A stretch of 64,000 nucleotides of DNA, taken from Helicobacter cetorum. GTDB lineage: Bacteria > Campylobacterota > Campylobacteria > Campylobacterales > BB28. The notes below the pieces were generated by a model. The model was not told the origin of the DNA. It searched no databases and was given only the letters and a program-made list of their open reading frames with translations. The stretch is taken from contig DZAZ01000003.1 in NCBI GenBank assembly GCA_022729755.1, positions 565 through 64,564 on the forward strand, written 5' to 3'. Below, one piece after another: positions 39,911 through 49,434 of this stretch. Both the position numbers and the translations under genes were made by a program. The stretch's first letter is position 1; the number at the start of each line of letters is the position of its first letter.

Positions 39911-40981
39911 TTATTTACTATCAGCTTTTACATAACTACCAAGCCACTTAATTTCATCTATATGTTTATTTAATATTTTTTGAATTTTTTCTTCTAAATA
40001 ATGCCCCTCAAAATCGATAAAAAACCAATATTTAAAATTACCCTCTCTTATTGGTCTTGATTCAATTTTCGTTAAATTTAACCCCTCATCATAAAAATCT
40101 TGTAAAAATTTAACTAAACTCCCTGGTTTATCGCTATTCTTAAGTTGTGCTAAAATTGAAGTTTTATCGTTAGAACTTATCTCATTTGTAAAATCACTTA
40201 TTATTATAAATCTAGTTTTATTTGAATGATTATCTTCAATATTATCAAATAAAATTGGAACACTATAAAGCTTTGCAGCAATATGAGAGCAAATACTTGC
40301 TGAATTTGGCTCATTTTGAGCAAGTTTAGCTGATTTTGCGGTTGAATCAACAGGAATTAACTCTACATCTTTTAAATTATAATCGTTTAAAAAATTTCTA
40401 CACTGCCCAAAAGCTACATCTTTTGAATATATTTTTTTAACTTCGCTTAAATGTTCACATTTTGTAGCAAAAGAGTGATGAATTGGCAAATAAAGTTCAG
40501 CTACAATTTTTAAGTTTGACATAGCTAATAAATCAAGTGTTTCGCCAACAATTCCTTCAGTATTATTTTCAATTGGCACAACTCCATATTTTGCCCGTTT
40601 ACTCTCAACACTTTTAAAAACCGCACTAATTGAACTCATAGACAAATACTCACTCATCGCTCCAAAGCGACTTTCAGCTGCTTGATGAGTAAAAGTACCT
40701 TCTGGCCCTAAATATGCAATTCTTTCAGGTAACTCTAAATTTCTACTAACTGCAAAAATTTCAAAATAAATAGCTTCAATTGCACTTTTATTTAAAAGTC
40801 CTTTACTTTTACTACTTAATCGTTCAATTATTGATTTTTCTCGTTCAGGTCTATAAATTGGAGATTTTTGACTTTTTTTAAGTTCACCAACCCCTTTTAC
40901 TAACTCCATTCTCTTGTTTAATAGCTCTAAAACTGCATCATCAATTTTATCAATCTCACCTCTGTACCAATTTAAATCCAT
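39911..40981 (-). CDS. pheA: Bifunctional chorismate mutase / prephenate dehydratase
   Basis: CM domain (IDKIDDAVLELLNKRMELV), PDT (IAYLGPEGTFTHQAA), ACT with LTKIESRP. Confidence 0.85.
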   Translation of the reverse strand: MDLNWYRGEIDKIDDAVLELLNKRMELVKGVGELKKSQKSPIYRPEREKSIIERLSSKSKGLLNKSAIEAIYFEIFAVSRNLELPERIAYLGPEGTFTHQAAESRFGAMSEYLSMSSISAVFKSVESKRAKYGVVPIENNTEGIVGETLDLLAMSNLKIVAELYLPIHHSFATKCEHLSEVKKIYSKDVAFGQCRNFLNDYNLKDVELIPVDSTAKSAKLAQNEPNSASICSHIAAKLYSVPILFDNIEDNHSNKTRFIIISDFTNEISSNDKTSILAQLKNSDKPGSLVKFLQDFYDEGLNLTKIESRPIREGNFKYWFFIDFEGHYLEEKIQKILNKHIDEIKWLGSYVKADSK

Positions 40982-41742
40982 AAACTTTCCTTATACCCTT
41001 TTATACTCTCAAAAATTAAATCAGGCTTATCTTTTTCGTCTAGTAGAGGAATAATTTCATCTGCATTTGAATATTTTCCACTTAAAACAAAAACCGTTTT
41101 CAAACCTAACTCTTTTGCTCCAACTAAATCACCTTTCACATCATCGCTTATAATTGTAATATTACTAAAATTTTTAGCTTTTAGTTTCTCTTTAGCTTTT
41201 TGGTAAAATTGAGTGCTAGGTTTTCCTACAATTTCATACTCTTTATTTGTAGCAAATTTAAGCATTTCAAGTATCGCTCCAACACCTGGGTAGCGTTTAT
41301 TATCTTTTGCATAAAGTGTAGTTTTGTGCATTCCTATTAATTTTGCACCATTTAACAGTGCTTCTATCATCAAGGCAAACTCTTCATTATTAAAATCTTT
41401 TTTAATGCTAACTATTAATGCTTTTGGATTTTTAGAGTTTAAATTAAATCCATTTTCAGCTAAAATTTTCAAAAATTCTTCTGTTCCAAAAGCTAAAATA
41501 TCTTTTTCATTAACCACTTCATTTAATACCATTAATGGGTCAAGATACGAGTTTTTATTAATGTTAAATCCAACCTCATTTAAATAAGCCAAAAACTCAT
41601 CGCTTTTATGTTTAGTATTATTTGTAACCACAACATAAGGAGTATTTGATTTATTTAATTTATCAATAAACTCTATCGCACCATCAATTGGTTTTCTATT
41701 CATATCATCAATTAAAGTACCCTGTACATCTATAAAAAACAA
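40972..41742 (-). CDS. HAD-superfamily (subfamily IIA-like) hydrolase
   Basis: Motif I FFIDVQGTL (D-x-Q instead of D-x-D), VVVTNNT, KPS, SDDVKGDL. Lies between lysA and pheA. Confidence 0.6.
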   Translation of the reverse strand: MFFIDVQGTLIDDMNRKPIDGAIEFIDKLNKSNTPYVVVTNNTKHKSDEFLAYLNEVGFNINKNSYLDPLMVLNEVVNEKDILAFGTEEFLKILAENGFNLNSKNPKALIVSIKKDFNNEEFALMIEALLNGAKLIGMHKTTLYAKDNKRYPGVGAILEMLKFATNKEYEIVGKPSTQFYQKAKEKLKAKNFSNITIISDDVKGDLVGAKELGLKTVFVLSGKYSNADEIIPLLDEKDKPDLIFESIKGYKESLWI

Positions 41743-42996
41743 TTAATTATCCTTTAAAAACTCTATTTCATTTTGAATTAAATCTTCAAAACTCTCTCTT
41801 TTTCTAATTAAATAATCAACTTCATCAATTATTGCAACTTCAGCTACACGAGAACGAGAGTTATAGTTTGAACTCATTGTAAATCCATAAGCACCCGCTG
41901 AATGAATTAGTATTAAATCATTATGTTCAGTTTTTGGTAATAATCTATCTTTTGCAAAAAAATCTCCACTCTCACAAACTGGTCCTACAACATTGCATTT
42001 GCTCTCATTTTCGCTTTTATTTAAGACTTCGATTTTATGATAAGCATTGTATAAACTAGGTCTAATTAAATCATTCATCGCACCATCAACTATTACAAAT
42101 CTATTTTCATTATTTTCACCATTTACTTTTTCATATAAAACTTTAGTTAAAAAATAACCACTATTTCCAACTATAAATCTACCAAGTTCACTTATAATAG
42201 TTACATCAAGTCCATTTAAAGTTGATAGTATTGCTTGTGCATAATCATAAGGTTTTATGGTGCTCTCATCTTTATATTTAATTCCAAGTCCACCACCAAC
42301 ATCAAAAAATTTAATATCTATATCAATTGCTTTTAAATTCCTAACTAAATCAGCTACTATCAAACTTGCTTCTCTTATTGGCTCAAGTTCAGTTAATTGA
42401 CTTCCAATGTGAAAATGAATTCCAACTGGATTTAAATATTTAGAATTTTTTGCTTTTATAAACATTTTTTTTGCTACATCAATTTCAACTCCAAATTTAC
42501 TTGAATGAAGTCCTGTTGAAATATATGGATGAGTTTTTGCATCAATATTTGGATTTACTCTTATACTAATTCTTGCCTCTTTATCAAACTCTTGTGCAAT
42601 TAATTCAACTCTTTCAAGTTCAGCTTCACTCTCCACATTTATCATTAAAATATTTAATAAAATTGCTTCTTTTATCTCAAAATCACTTTTACCAACACCA
42701 CTAAAAATTATATTATAATTCTTTACTCCAGCTTTTAGTGCTCTTCTTACCTCATTTATGCTCACACAATCAGCTCCAGCTCCAAAACTAGCTAAATGCT
42801 TAATTAAACTTAAATTTGAATTTGCTTTTATAGCATAAGAAATTAAAGATTTTCTAGCTTTAAAAACATCTTTTATTTGTATAAACTGCTCTTTTATGTG
42901 ATTGAAATCATAAATATATAAAGGAGTTGAATATTTATTTGCTAAATATTTAAAATCTATCAAGTTATACCTTTTGTTTTTGCCCGATTTTAACAA
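41743..42996 (-). CDS. lysA: Diaminopimelate decarboxylase
   Basis: PLP-Lys in SYAIKANSN, DVGGGLGI, CESGD. The track start is TTG; a downstream TTG (giving MIDFKYLANKYSTPLYIYD) is an alternative. Confidence 0.9.
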   Translation of the reverse strand: MLKSGKNKRYNLIDFKYLANKYSTPLYIYDFNHIKEQFIQIKDVFKARKSLISYAIKANSNLSLIKHLASFGAGADCVSINEVRRALKAGVKNYNIIFSGVGKSDFEIKEAILLNILMINVESEAELERVELIAQEFDKEARISIRVNPNIDAKTHPYISTGLHSSKFGVEIDVAKKMFIKAKNSKYLNPVGIHFHIGSQLTELEPIREASLIVADLVRNLKAIDIDIKFFDVGGGLGIKYKDESTIKPYDYAQAILSTLNGLDVTIISELGRFIVGNSGYFLTKVLYEKVNGENNENRFVIVDGAMNDLIRPSLYNAYHKIEVLNKSENESKCNVVGPVCESGDFFAKDRLLPKTEHNDLILIHSAGAYGFTMSSNYNSRSRVAEVAIIDEVDYLIRKRESFEDLIQNEIEFLKDN

Positions 42997-43052
42997 AAAT
43001 TGCCAAAAATAAATATAAAGAAAAGTGCTAAAAAATAATAATTCTTAAATTA

Positions 43053-43874
43053 TTATTTAAATTTCATAGAAAAATCCAGCCAAGTTGCCTGATGAATTAA
43101 ACTTCCAGAGCTTATTGCATCAACCCCTGTTTTTGCATACTCGATTATTGTTTGCAAATTTATATTTCCACTTGCTTCAAGTAAAATCGATGGGTAATTT
43201 TTATTTCTATATTCAACTATTTTACTTATTTCATTTGTAGTTAAATTATCGCACATTACAATATCAACCCCAGCTTCAAAAGCTTCTTTTGCCATTTCAA
43301 AACTTTCACACTCAACCTCTATCTTTGAAGTGAAAGGAATAGAAGCTCTTGCACGATTTATAAACTCTTTTAAATTTGAAATAGTCCTAAGATGAGTATC
43401 TTTTAACATTAAACAATCATCTAAACCTAATCTATGGTTAATTCCACCACCATTTTTAACTGAATATTTTTCAAACTCTCTTAGCAATGGTCTTGTTTTT
43501 CTAGTGTCAAGTAGTTTTGTTTTATAACCTCTTAACTTTTCAACATATTTATGAGTATTTGTCGCAATTGCACTTGAGTGTTGAAGTATATTTAAAAAAC
43601 TCCTCTCACTACTAAGTAATACACTAGCTTTTCCCTCTAAAAATGCAATTTCATCGCCATTTTTCAGCTCTTGTGCATCAAATTTCAAAAACTCTACTTT
43701 AAATTGCATAATTTTTGCTACTTCTTTTGCATACTCTACACCTGAAAGAATTCCATCACTTTTACTAATAACTTTAGCTTGAAAATCCTCTTTTTTGGCT
43801 AATGGAGTGAATAAATCGCCTCTTCCTATATCTTCAAGTAATACATTTTTTACAAATTCAGTTTTTTTTAACAT
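43053..43874 (-). CDS. nadC: Nicotinate-nucleotide diphosphorylase (quinolinate phosphoribosyltransferase)
   Basis: EDIGRGDLFT, ERSFLNILQHSSAIAT, LLDTRKTRPLLREFEKYSVKNGGGINHRLGLDD. Confidence 0.85.
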   Translation of the reverse strand: MLKKTEFVKNVLLEDIGRGDLFTPLAKKEDFQAKVISKSDGILSGVEYAKEVAKIMQFKVEFLKFDAQELKNGDEIAFLEGKASVLLSSERSFLNILQHSSAIATNTHKYVEKLRGYKTKLLDTRKTRPLLREFEKYSVKNGGGINHRLGLDDCLMLKDTHLRTISNLKEFINRARASIPFTSKIEVECESFEMAKEAFEAGVDIVMCDNLTTNEISKIVEYRNKNYPSILLEASGNINLQTIIEYAKTGVDAISSGSLIHQATWLDFSMKFK

Positions 43875-44851
43875 ATTTCAAACATCCTCTCAAGCGCAAC
43901 TTGAGCCCATTTTATCGTTTTTTCATCCACAAAAATTTCGTTAATTGGCTCTTTATTTTCAATCGATTTTAAAACATTATAAACATCTTGCAAAGTCGTC
44001 TCATTCATAGTTGGACATTCTGGTTTTGTTGAACTTAATACAAAAGTGTTTTTATCCCTTAATCTATGAACTAAATTATATTCAGTTGCCACTGCTATTT
44101 TTTGCTCAATCGAAAGTGAAGAGACATATTTTATAATTTGGCTTGTTGAACCTACAAAATCGGATTTTTGCACAACTTCAGGAGTACACTCTGGATGAGA
44201 AATAATTAAAATATCAGGATATTTTTTTTTATAAAATTCAATATCTTCTACACAAAAAAGTTGATGAACCGAACAAAAGCCATCAAAACAGATAATATCA
44301 CTCTCTTTTAAATTACTTTCATCTCCTATTACCGAAGATTTTAAATTCATCATATTTGCCATATTTTGCCCTAAACATCTATCTGGTACAAAAAGGATTT
44401 TTTTATTAGTTTTTAGTGCATTTTCAATTATAACTTTTGCATTTGAACTTGTACAAACAATTCCACCCATTTCACCAACTTTTGCTTTTATCAAAGCACT
44501 TGAATTAATATATGTAATTGGTAAGATATCATCTTTTTTAATATTATTTTGAATTAAAAAATTAATTGAATTTTCATAATATTTTTCATCAATCATTTTT
44601 GCCATAGAACAACAAGCAATTTTAGGCATTAAAACTCTTTTATTTGGACTTAAAATTTTAACACTCTCACCCATAAAACCAACACCACAAAAAATTAAAA
44701 ATTCATTTCCATCATCTTTTGCTTTTTTAGCAAGTTCAAGAGAATCTCCTACAATATCAGCTATTTCAAAAACTTCATCTCGTTGATAAAAGTGAGCTAG
44801 AATCGTTACATTTAACCTCTTTTTTAGCTCTAGTACTTTATCTTTTAACAA
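43868..44851 (-). CDS. nadA: Quinolinate synthase A
   Basis: ILAHFYQ N-terminal motif and conserved Cys contexts (IACCSM, GFCSVH, PECPTM). Overlaps the nadC start. Confidence 0.85.
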   Translation of the reverse strand: MLKDKVLELKKRLNVTILAHFYQRDEVFEIADIVGDSLELAKKAKDDGNEFLIFCGVGFMGESVKILSPNKRVLMPKIACCSMAKMIDEKYYENSINFLIQNNIKKDDILPITYINSSALIKAKVGEMGGIVCTSSNAKVIIENALKTNKKILFVPDRCLGQNMANMMNLKSSVIGDESNLKESDIICFDGFCSVHQLFCVEDIEFYKKKYPDILIISHPECTPEVVQKSDFVGSTSQIIKYVSSLSIEQKIAVATEYNLVHRLRDKNTFVLSSTKPECPTMNETTLQDVYNVLKSIENKEPINEIFVDEKTIKWAQVALERMFEIC

Positions 44852-44949
44852 ATCAAAATCCTTAATTGTTTAAATTTTAATATTAATCACATTATAACAA
44901 ATTTTTAGTTAGAATGAAAAAGCAAATAATCAATTACAAAAGGTAACAA

Positions 44950-45576
44950 ATGGAGTTTTTATCAAATATAAATGTGATATTTTATTTACTGGCTTACTTT
45001 ATTGGTGGTGTGCCATTTGGTTTAATTTTGGCAAAATTCAAAGCTGGTATTAATATAACGGAGGCTGGAAGTGGGAGCATTGGTGCTACAAATGTTTTAA
45101 GAGTAGTAAAAGAGAGCGACCCAATTTTGGCTAAAAAATTGGCGATTGCAACGGCAGTATTAGATATTTTAAAAGGTGTTGCAGTTTTACTCGTTGCAAA
45201 ATTTATGGGAGTTGCAGTTGAAACTCAATGGGCAATAGCAGTTTTAGCAGTTCTTGGACATACTTATAGTCCTTTTTTAATGTTTGAAGGTGGAAAAGGA
45301 GTTGCAACAGGATTTGGAGTTTTATTTATAATGTTACCAATTGAAGCACTTATAGGATTAGTTGCTTGGTTTGTAGCTGGTAAGGTTTTAAAAATTTCTT
45401 CAATTTCATCTTTAATTGGACTTTTAGCATTAATACTTTCAAGTTTTATAATTCATCCTCAAATAGAAATTACAAATACTCACGCACCAATTATTTTAAT
45501 AGGATTTATAATAACTTATAAACACATTCCAAATATCATAAGATTAATCAAAAGACAAGAACAAAAAGTAATATGA
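44950..45576 (+). CDS. plsY: Glycerol-3-phosphate acyltransferase PlsY
   Basis: GSGSIGATNVLR motif and a multi-TM profile. 208 aa. Confidence 0.9.
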   Translation: MEFLSNINVIFYLLAYFIGGVPFGLILAKFKAGINITEAGSGSIGATNVLRVVKESDPILAKKLAIATAVLDILKGVAVLLVAKFMGVAVETQWAIAVLAVLGHTYSPFLMFEGGKGVATGFGVLFIMLPIEALIGLVAWFVAGKVLKISSISSLIGLLALILSSFIIHPQIEITNTHAPIILIGFIITYKHIPNIIRLIKRQEQKVI

Positions 45577-45893
45577 AAATTTATATTAGTGAATTAACAT
45601 TTGAAACAATAGTTGGAGTATTAGACTTTGAGAGGTTAAAACCTCAAAAAGTTATTATAGATTTTGAATGTAATTATGAATACGATACTAACAACTATTT
45701 AGATTATGTAAAAATTATAAATTTTATAAAAGATGAAATGAATTTAAATAAATATGAACTTTTAGAAGAAGCTTGTATTGATTTATCAAAAAAAATAAAA
45801 AATAAATTTAAAGAGATAAAAAATTTAAAAATAAAAATTACAAAACCTGAAATTATTTTAAATGTTAAAGTTTCGCTAGAATGGAGTTTGTAA
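45573..45893 (+). CDS. folB: Dihydroneopterin aldolase-like protein
   Basis: 106 aa. FETIVGVLDFERLKPQKVIIDF resembles the FolB N-terminal signature. ATGA overlap with plsY. Confidence 0.65.
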   Translation: MKIYISELTFETIVGVLDFERLKPQKVIIDFECNYEYDTNNYLDYVKIINFIKDEMNLNKYELLEEACIDLSKKIKNKFKEIKNLKIKITKPEIILNVKVSLEWSL

Positions 45894-45943
45894 AATCAAA
45901 ATTTAAATTTTTCTAAAAGTTTTTTTAAATTTAGCTAAAAATA

Positions 45944-45952
45944 TGCTATAAT
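45944..45952 (+). promoter_or_regulatory. Candidate extended -10 (TGCTATAAT) for the cosR-like gene
   Basis: TGCTATAAT lies 37 nt upstream of ATG 45989, with GGAG SD at 45981-45984. Confidence 0.4.
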
Positions 45953-45988
45953 TTTCCTTAAACAATAAATTAAAATAAAGGGAGAATT

Positions 45989-46660
45989 ATGAGAATTTTA
46001 GTGATTGAAGATGAAGTTACAGTACATAAAACACTTGCCGAAGGCTTAAATGAGTTTGGTTATCAGACTGATATAGCCGAAAATTTAAAAGATGCAGAGT
46101 ATTATATAAGTATTAGAAATTATGATTTAGTGTTAACTGATTGGATGTTACCTGATGGAAGTGGAGTTGATTTAATTTCAACTGTAAAACAAAAATCTCC
46201 AAGAACTGCTGTTCTTGTGCTTTCAGCTAAAGATGATAAACAAAGTGAAATTGAAGCTTTAAATTCTGGAGCTGATGATTATGTTAAAAAGCCTTTTGAC
46301 TTTGATGTATTAATTGCAAGAATTGAAGCTAGACTTAGATTTGGTGGTACCAGTGTAATTGAAATAGGTGAACTTATAATTAATCCTGATGAAGAGAAAA
46401 TTACTTATAAAGGAACTGAAATTGAACTTAAAGGTAAACCTTTTGAAGTATTAACACATTTAGCAAGACATCGCGACCAAATTGTTTCAAAAGAGCAATT
46501 ACTTGATGCTATTTGGGAAGAACCTGAACTAGTTACTCCAAATGTAATTGAAGTAGCTATTAATCAAATTAGACAAAAAATGGACAAACCACTTAATATT
46601 TCAACTGTTGAAACAATCAGAAGAAGAGGTTATAGATTTTGTTACCCTAAGGGTGCATAA
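45989..46660 (+). CDS. cosR: OmpR-family response regulator, CosR/HP1043-like orphan
   Basis: Receiver MRILVIEDE...LVLTDWMLPDGSG...VLSAK...VKKP plus a winged-helix C-terminus (ETIRRRGYRF). Followed by fdxB and a Ppx/GppA gene, the order I recall for C. jejuni cosR. Confidence 0.65.
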   Translation: MRILVIEDEVTVHKTLAEGLNEFGYQTDIAENLKDAEYYISIRNYDLVLTDWMLPDGSGVDLISTVKQKSPRTAVLVLSAKDDKQSEIEALNSGADDYVKKPFDFDVLIARIEARLRFGGTSVIEIGELIINPDEEKITYKGTEIELKGKPFEVLTHLARHRDQIVSKEQLLDAIWEEPELVTPNVIEVAINQIRQKMDKPLNISTVETIRRRGYRFCYPKGA

Positions 46661-46747
46661 TTCTAATCTTTCTCTTCAATTAAATTTAAGTTTAATTAGT
46701 ATATAAGGTCATTTTTAATTTTTATTAAATGAAATAGGGAGAGCGTT

Positions 46748-46999
46748 ATGTCATTAATAATAACTGATGAGTGTATTGCTTGTGATGCTTGTAGGGAAGA
46801 GTGTCCAAATGAGGCTATTGAAGAAGAAGACCCAATTTACATAATTGACCCAGATAGATGTACTGAATGTGTTGGGCATTATGATGAACCAGCTTGTGTT
46901 GCAGTATGTCCTGTTGATTGTATCATACCTGATGCTGACAATGTCGAAACAGTTGAAGAGTTAAAATTAAAATTTGAACACTTACAAGATGAAAAATAG
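46748..46999 (+). CDS. fdxB: 2x[4Fe-4S] ferredoxin (YfhL-like)
   Basis: CIACDACREECP and CTECVGHYDEPACVAVCP. Confidence 0.7.
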   Translation: MSLIITDECIACDACREECPNEAIEEEDPIYIIDPDRCTECVGHYDEPACVAVCPVDCIIPDADNVETVEELKLKFEHLQDEK

Positions 47000-47002
47000 T
47001 TT

Positions 47003-48478
47003 ATGGCTAAAATTACAGCAGTAATTGATATTGGTTCAAACTCGGCTAGAATGGTCGTGTTTGAATTAACTAGTAGATTTGGATTTCACTTATTAAAAGA
47101 GATAAAAAGTAAAGTTAGAATAAGTGAAGGAACTTACGAAAATGGTGGTTTACTTCAAGAAGTACCACTACAAAGAGCTTTTAATGCATTGAGTGAATTT
47201 TTAACTATTGCAAGAAAATTAAAAGCTAAAAAAATCCTCTGTGTTGCTACAAGTGCAGTTAGAGATGCTCCAAATAAAGCCTTATTCGTAAATAGAGTAA
47301 GAAAAGAGTTAGGTTTAAATATTAAAGTTATTGATGGTGAAAAAGAGGCTTTCTTGGGTGGATTATCAGCTATGAATTTACTTCCAATTCAAAATGCAAT
47401 TACTATCGATATAGGTGGTGGCTCAAGTGAGTGTGCATTGATTGAAAATGGAAAAATAGTGAATTTAATTTCACTTAATTTAGGAACAATTAGATTAAAA
47501 GAGCTTTTTTTTGATAAAGAAGAGAAAATTGAAAATATAAAAAAATTTATCCAAAAAGAGCTTGATAAAATTCCAAAAAATTATAAAACTGAAGCAGTTA
47601 TCGGAATTGGTGGAACTATTAGAGCTATTTCAAAATCTCTTATGAGAACTTATAAATACCCTATAAATAGTATTCACGGATTTGAGTATTTGACAATTAA
47701 TGAAATTGATAGAATAGAAAATATTATGAATTCTCCTATTTCAAAGCTAAAAAACTTTAATATTAAAAGTGATAGATTTGACACAATTAGAGAGGGAAGT
47801 ATAATATTTTATATGCTAATTAAACTTTTTGAAGCTAGAAAAGTTATTACAAGTGGAGCTGGAGTTAGAGAGGGAGTTTTTTTAAATGATTTGCTTAGAA
47901 ATACAAATGCAAAATTTCCTGTTAATTTCAGTGTAAGTGTCAAGAGTTTAATCGATAGATTTATGCAAAAAGAGTTAGTTAAAGTCTCAAGTCACAATCA
48001 AAATTTAGCTTTAAAACTTTTTGATGAGTTAAAACCACTTCATAATATTTCTGATAGTTTTAAAATGCCACTTAAATATGCAACAAAACTTTCAAAAATT
48101 GGTAATAAACTTAGTTTTTATAATGAATTAAAGGCAAGTAGTTATTTTGTACTTAGTAATTTAAGTTACGGTTTTTCTCATCAAGATAGAGTTATTATTT
48201 CAAAACTTATTGAATTTAGCGAAAATAAACTCCCATCTGAAGAGGATTTAATAGAGTTTAAAAATTTACTTCCAAATATCGAAACTTTAAAATGGCTTAG
48301 TTTTATACTTACATTAGCTCAAAATATAAATATTAATTTATCAAATCCTAAAGTTGAATTTGAAGTTAATAAAAACAGTTTAACTATAAAATCAAATGAA
48401 AAGTTATATTTAGCCATAGAATCTATCAGAAACATTGAAAAACCAATGGCTTTAGAAATTATTTTTAAAAGAATATGA
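47003..48478 (+). CDS. Ppx/GppA-family phosphatase
   Basis: ASKHA-fold motifs IDIGSNSARMVV and IDIGGGSSE, with a helical C-terminal domain. Confidence 0.8.
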   Translation: MAKITAVIDIGSNSARMVVFELTSRFGFHLLKEIKSKVRISEGTYENGGLLQEVPLQRAFNALSEFLTIARKLKAKKILCVATSAVRDAPNKALFVNRVRKELGLNIKVIDGEKEAFLGGLSAMNLLPIQNAITIDIGGGSSECALIENGKIVNLISLNLGTIRLKELFFDKEEKIENIKKFIQKELDKIPKNYKTEAVIGIGGTIRAISKSLMRTYKYPINSIHGFEYLTINEIDRIENIMNSPISKLKNFNIKSDRFDTIREGSIIFYMLIKLFEARKVITSGAGVREGVFLNDLLRNTNAKFPVNFSVSVKSLIDRFMQKELVKVSSHNQNLALKLFDELKPLHNISDSFKMPLKYATKLSKIGNKLSFYNELKASSYFVLSNLSYGFSHQDRVIISKLIEFSENKLPSEEDLIEFKNLLPNIETLKWLSFILTLAQNININLSNPKVEFEVNKNSLTIKSNEKLYLAIESIRNIEKPMALEIIFKRI

Positions 48479-49365
48479 GAGAAAGATTAGAATTTTTATT
48501 CGTTAAATTTTTAATACTTTTAGCAAAAAATTTACCTAAAAGTTTTATTTACAAACTTTTTAAACTCTTAGCAATCACATTTTTTTATTTTGATAGCAAA
48601 AGACGAAAATTGACAATCAATAATTTAAAATATTTATATGCTGGAAAATGCGAAGTTAAATTAAAAGCTATGGCAAAAGAGATTTATATAAATATTTCCA
48701 AAACTTTGGTTGAATCGCTTTTAATTTATATAGATAAAATTTCAAAAGATGATATTTTAAAAATAGTTATAAATAAAGATGAAGTTTTAAAACTTATCGA
48801 GTATAAAAAAGAAGATAGAGGAGTTATTTTTATAACTGCACATATCGGAAATTGGGAACTTTTATCGCAATTCTTAGCTATTAATGATATTAAATTGAAT
48901 GGAGTTTCAAGAGAGGGAAATAATAAATTAATAGAAAAAAATATAACAACTCCACTTCGAGAAAAGTTTGGAAACAAAAATATTTATAAAAAGAGAGCTG
49001 GAATTTCTCTAATGAGAGCTATCAAAAATAATGAAAATATAGGGCTTTTAATAGACCAAAAAACTGGACTTAAAAATGGAGTTATCACAAAATTTTTTAA
49101 AGCAAATGTTACTACTACAAATTTAATTGCAAATTTAAAATTAAAATTTAATCCTTTAATTATTCCTGTTTTTTTGCTTAGAATTGAAGATGAAAAATTT
49201 AAATTAATCATAAATGAGCCAGTTGAGTATATTGCAGATGAAATCGAAGATAAAGAAGCAAAAATTATAAAAATCACTCAAAAATATAATGATATTTTAG
49301 AGAGTATTATAAAAGAGTATCCACTTCAATGGTTTTGGATGCACAATCGTTGGAAAATTTTCTAA
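48475..49365 (+). CDS. Lipid A biosynthesis (LpxL/HtrB-family) lysophospholipid acyltransferase
   Basis: N-terminal hydrophobic anchor. HX4E-type active-site motif ITAHIGNWEL. C-terminal PLQWFWMHNRWK is typical of the family. Confidence 0.65.
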   Translation: MRERLEFLFVKFLILLAKNLPKSFIYKLFKLLAITFFYFDSKRRKLTINNLKYLYAGKCEVKLKAMAKEIYINISKTLVESLLIYIDKISKDDILKIVINKDEVLKLIEYKKEDRGVIFITAHIGNWELLSQFLAINDIKLNGVSREGNNKLIEKNITTPLREKFGNKNIYKKRAGISLMRAIKNNENIGLLIDQKTGLKNGVITKFFKANVTTTNLIANLKLKFNPLIIPVFLLRIEDEKFKLIINEPVEYIADEIEDKEAKIIKITQKYNDILESIIKEYPLQWFWMHNRWKIF

Positions 49366-49434
49366 TATCGTATTTTATATTAAAATTAAGTTAAAGGTTA
49401 TATAATTTTGAAATTTAGTTATTAAAGGCTTAAA

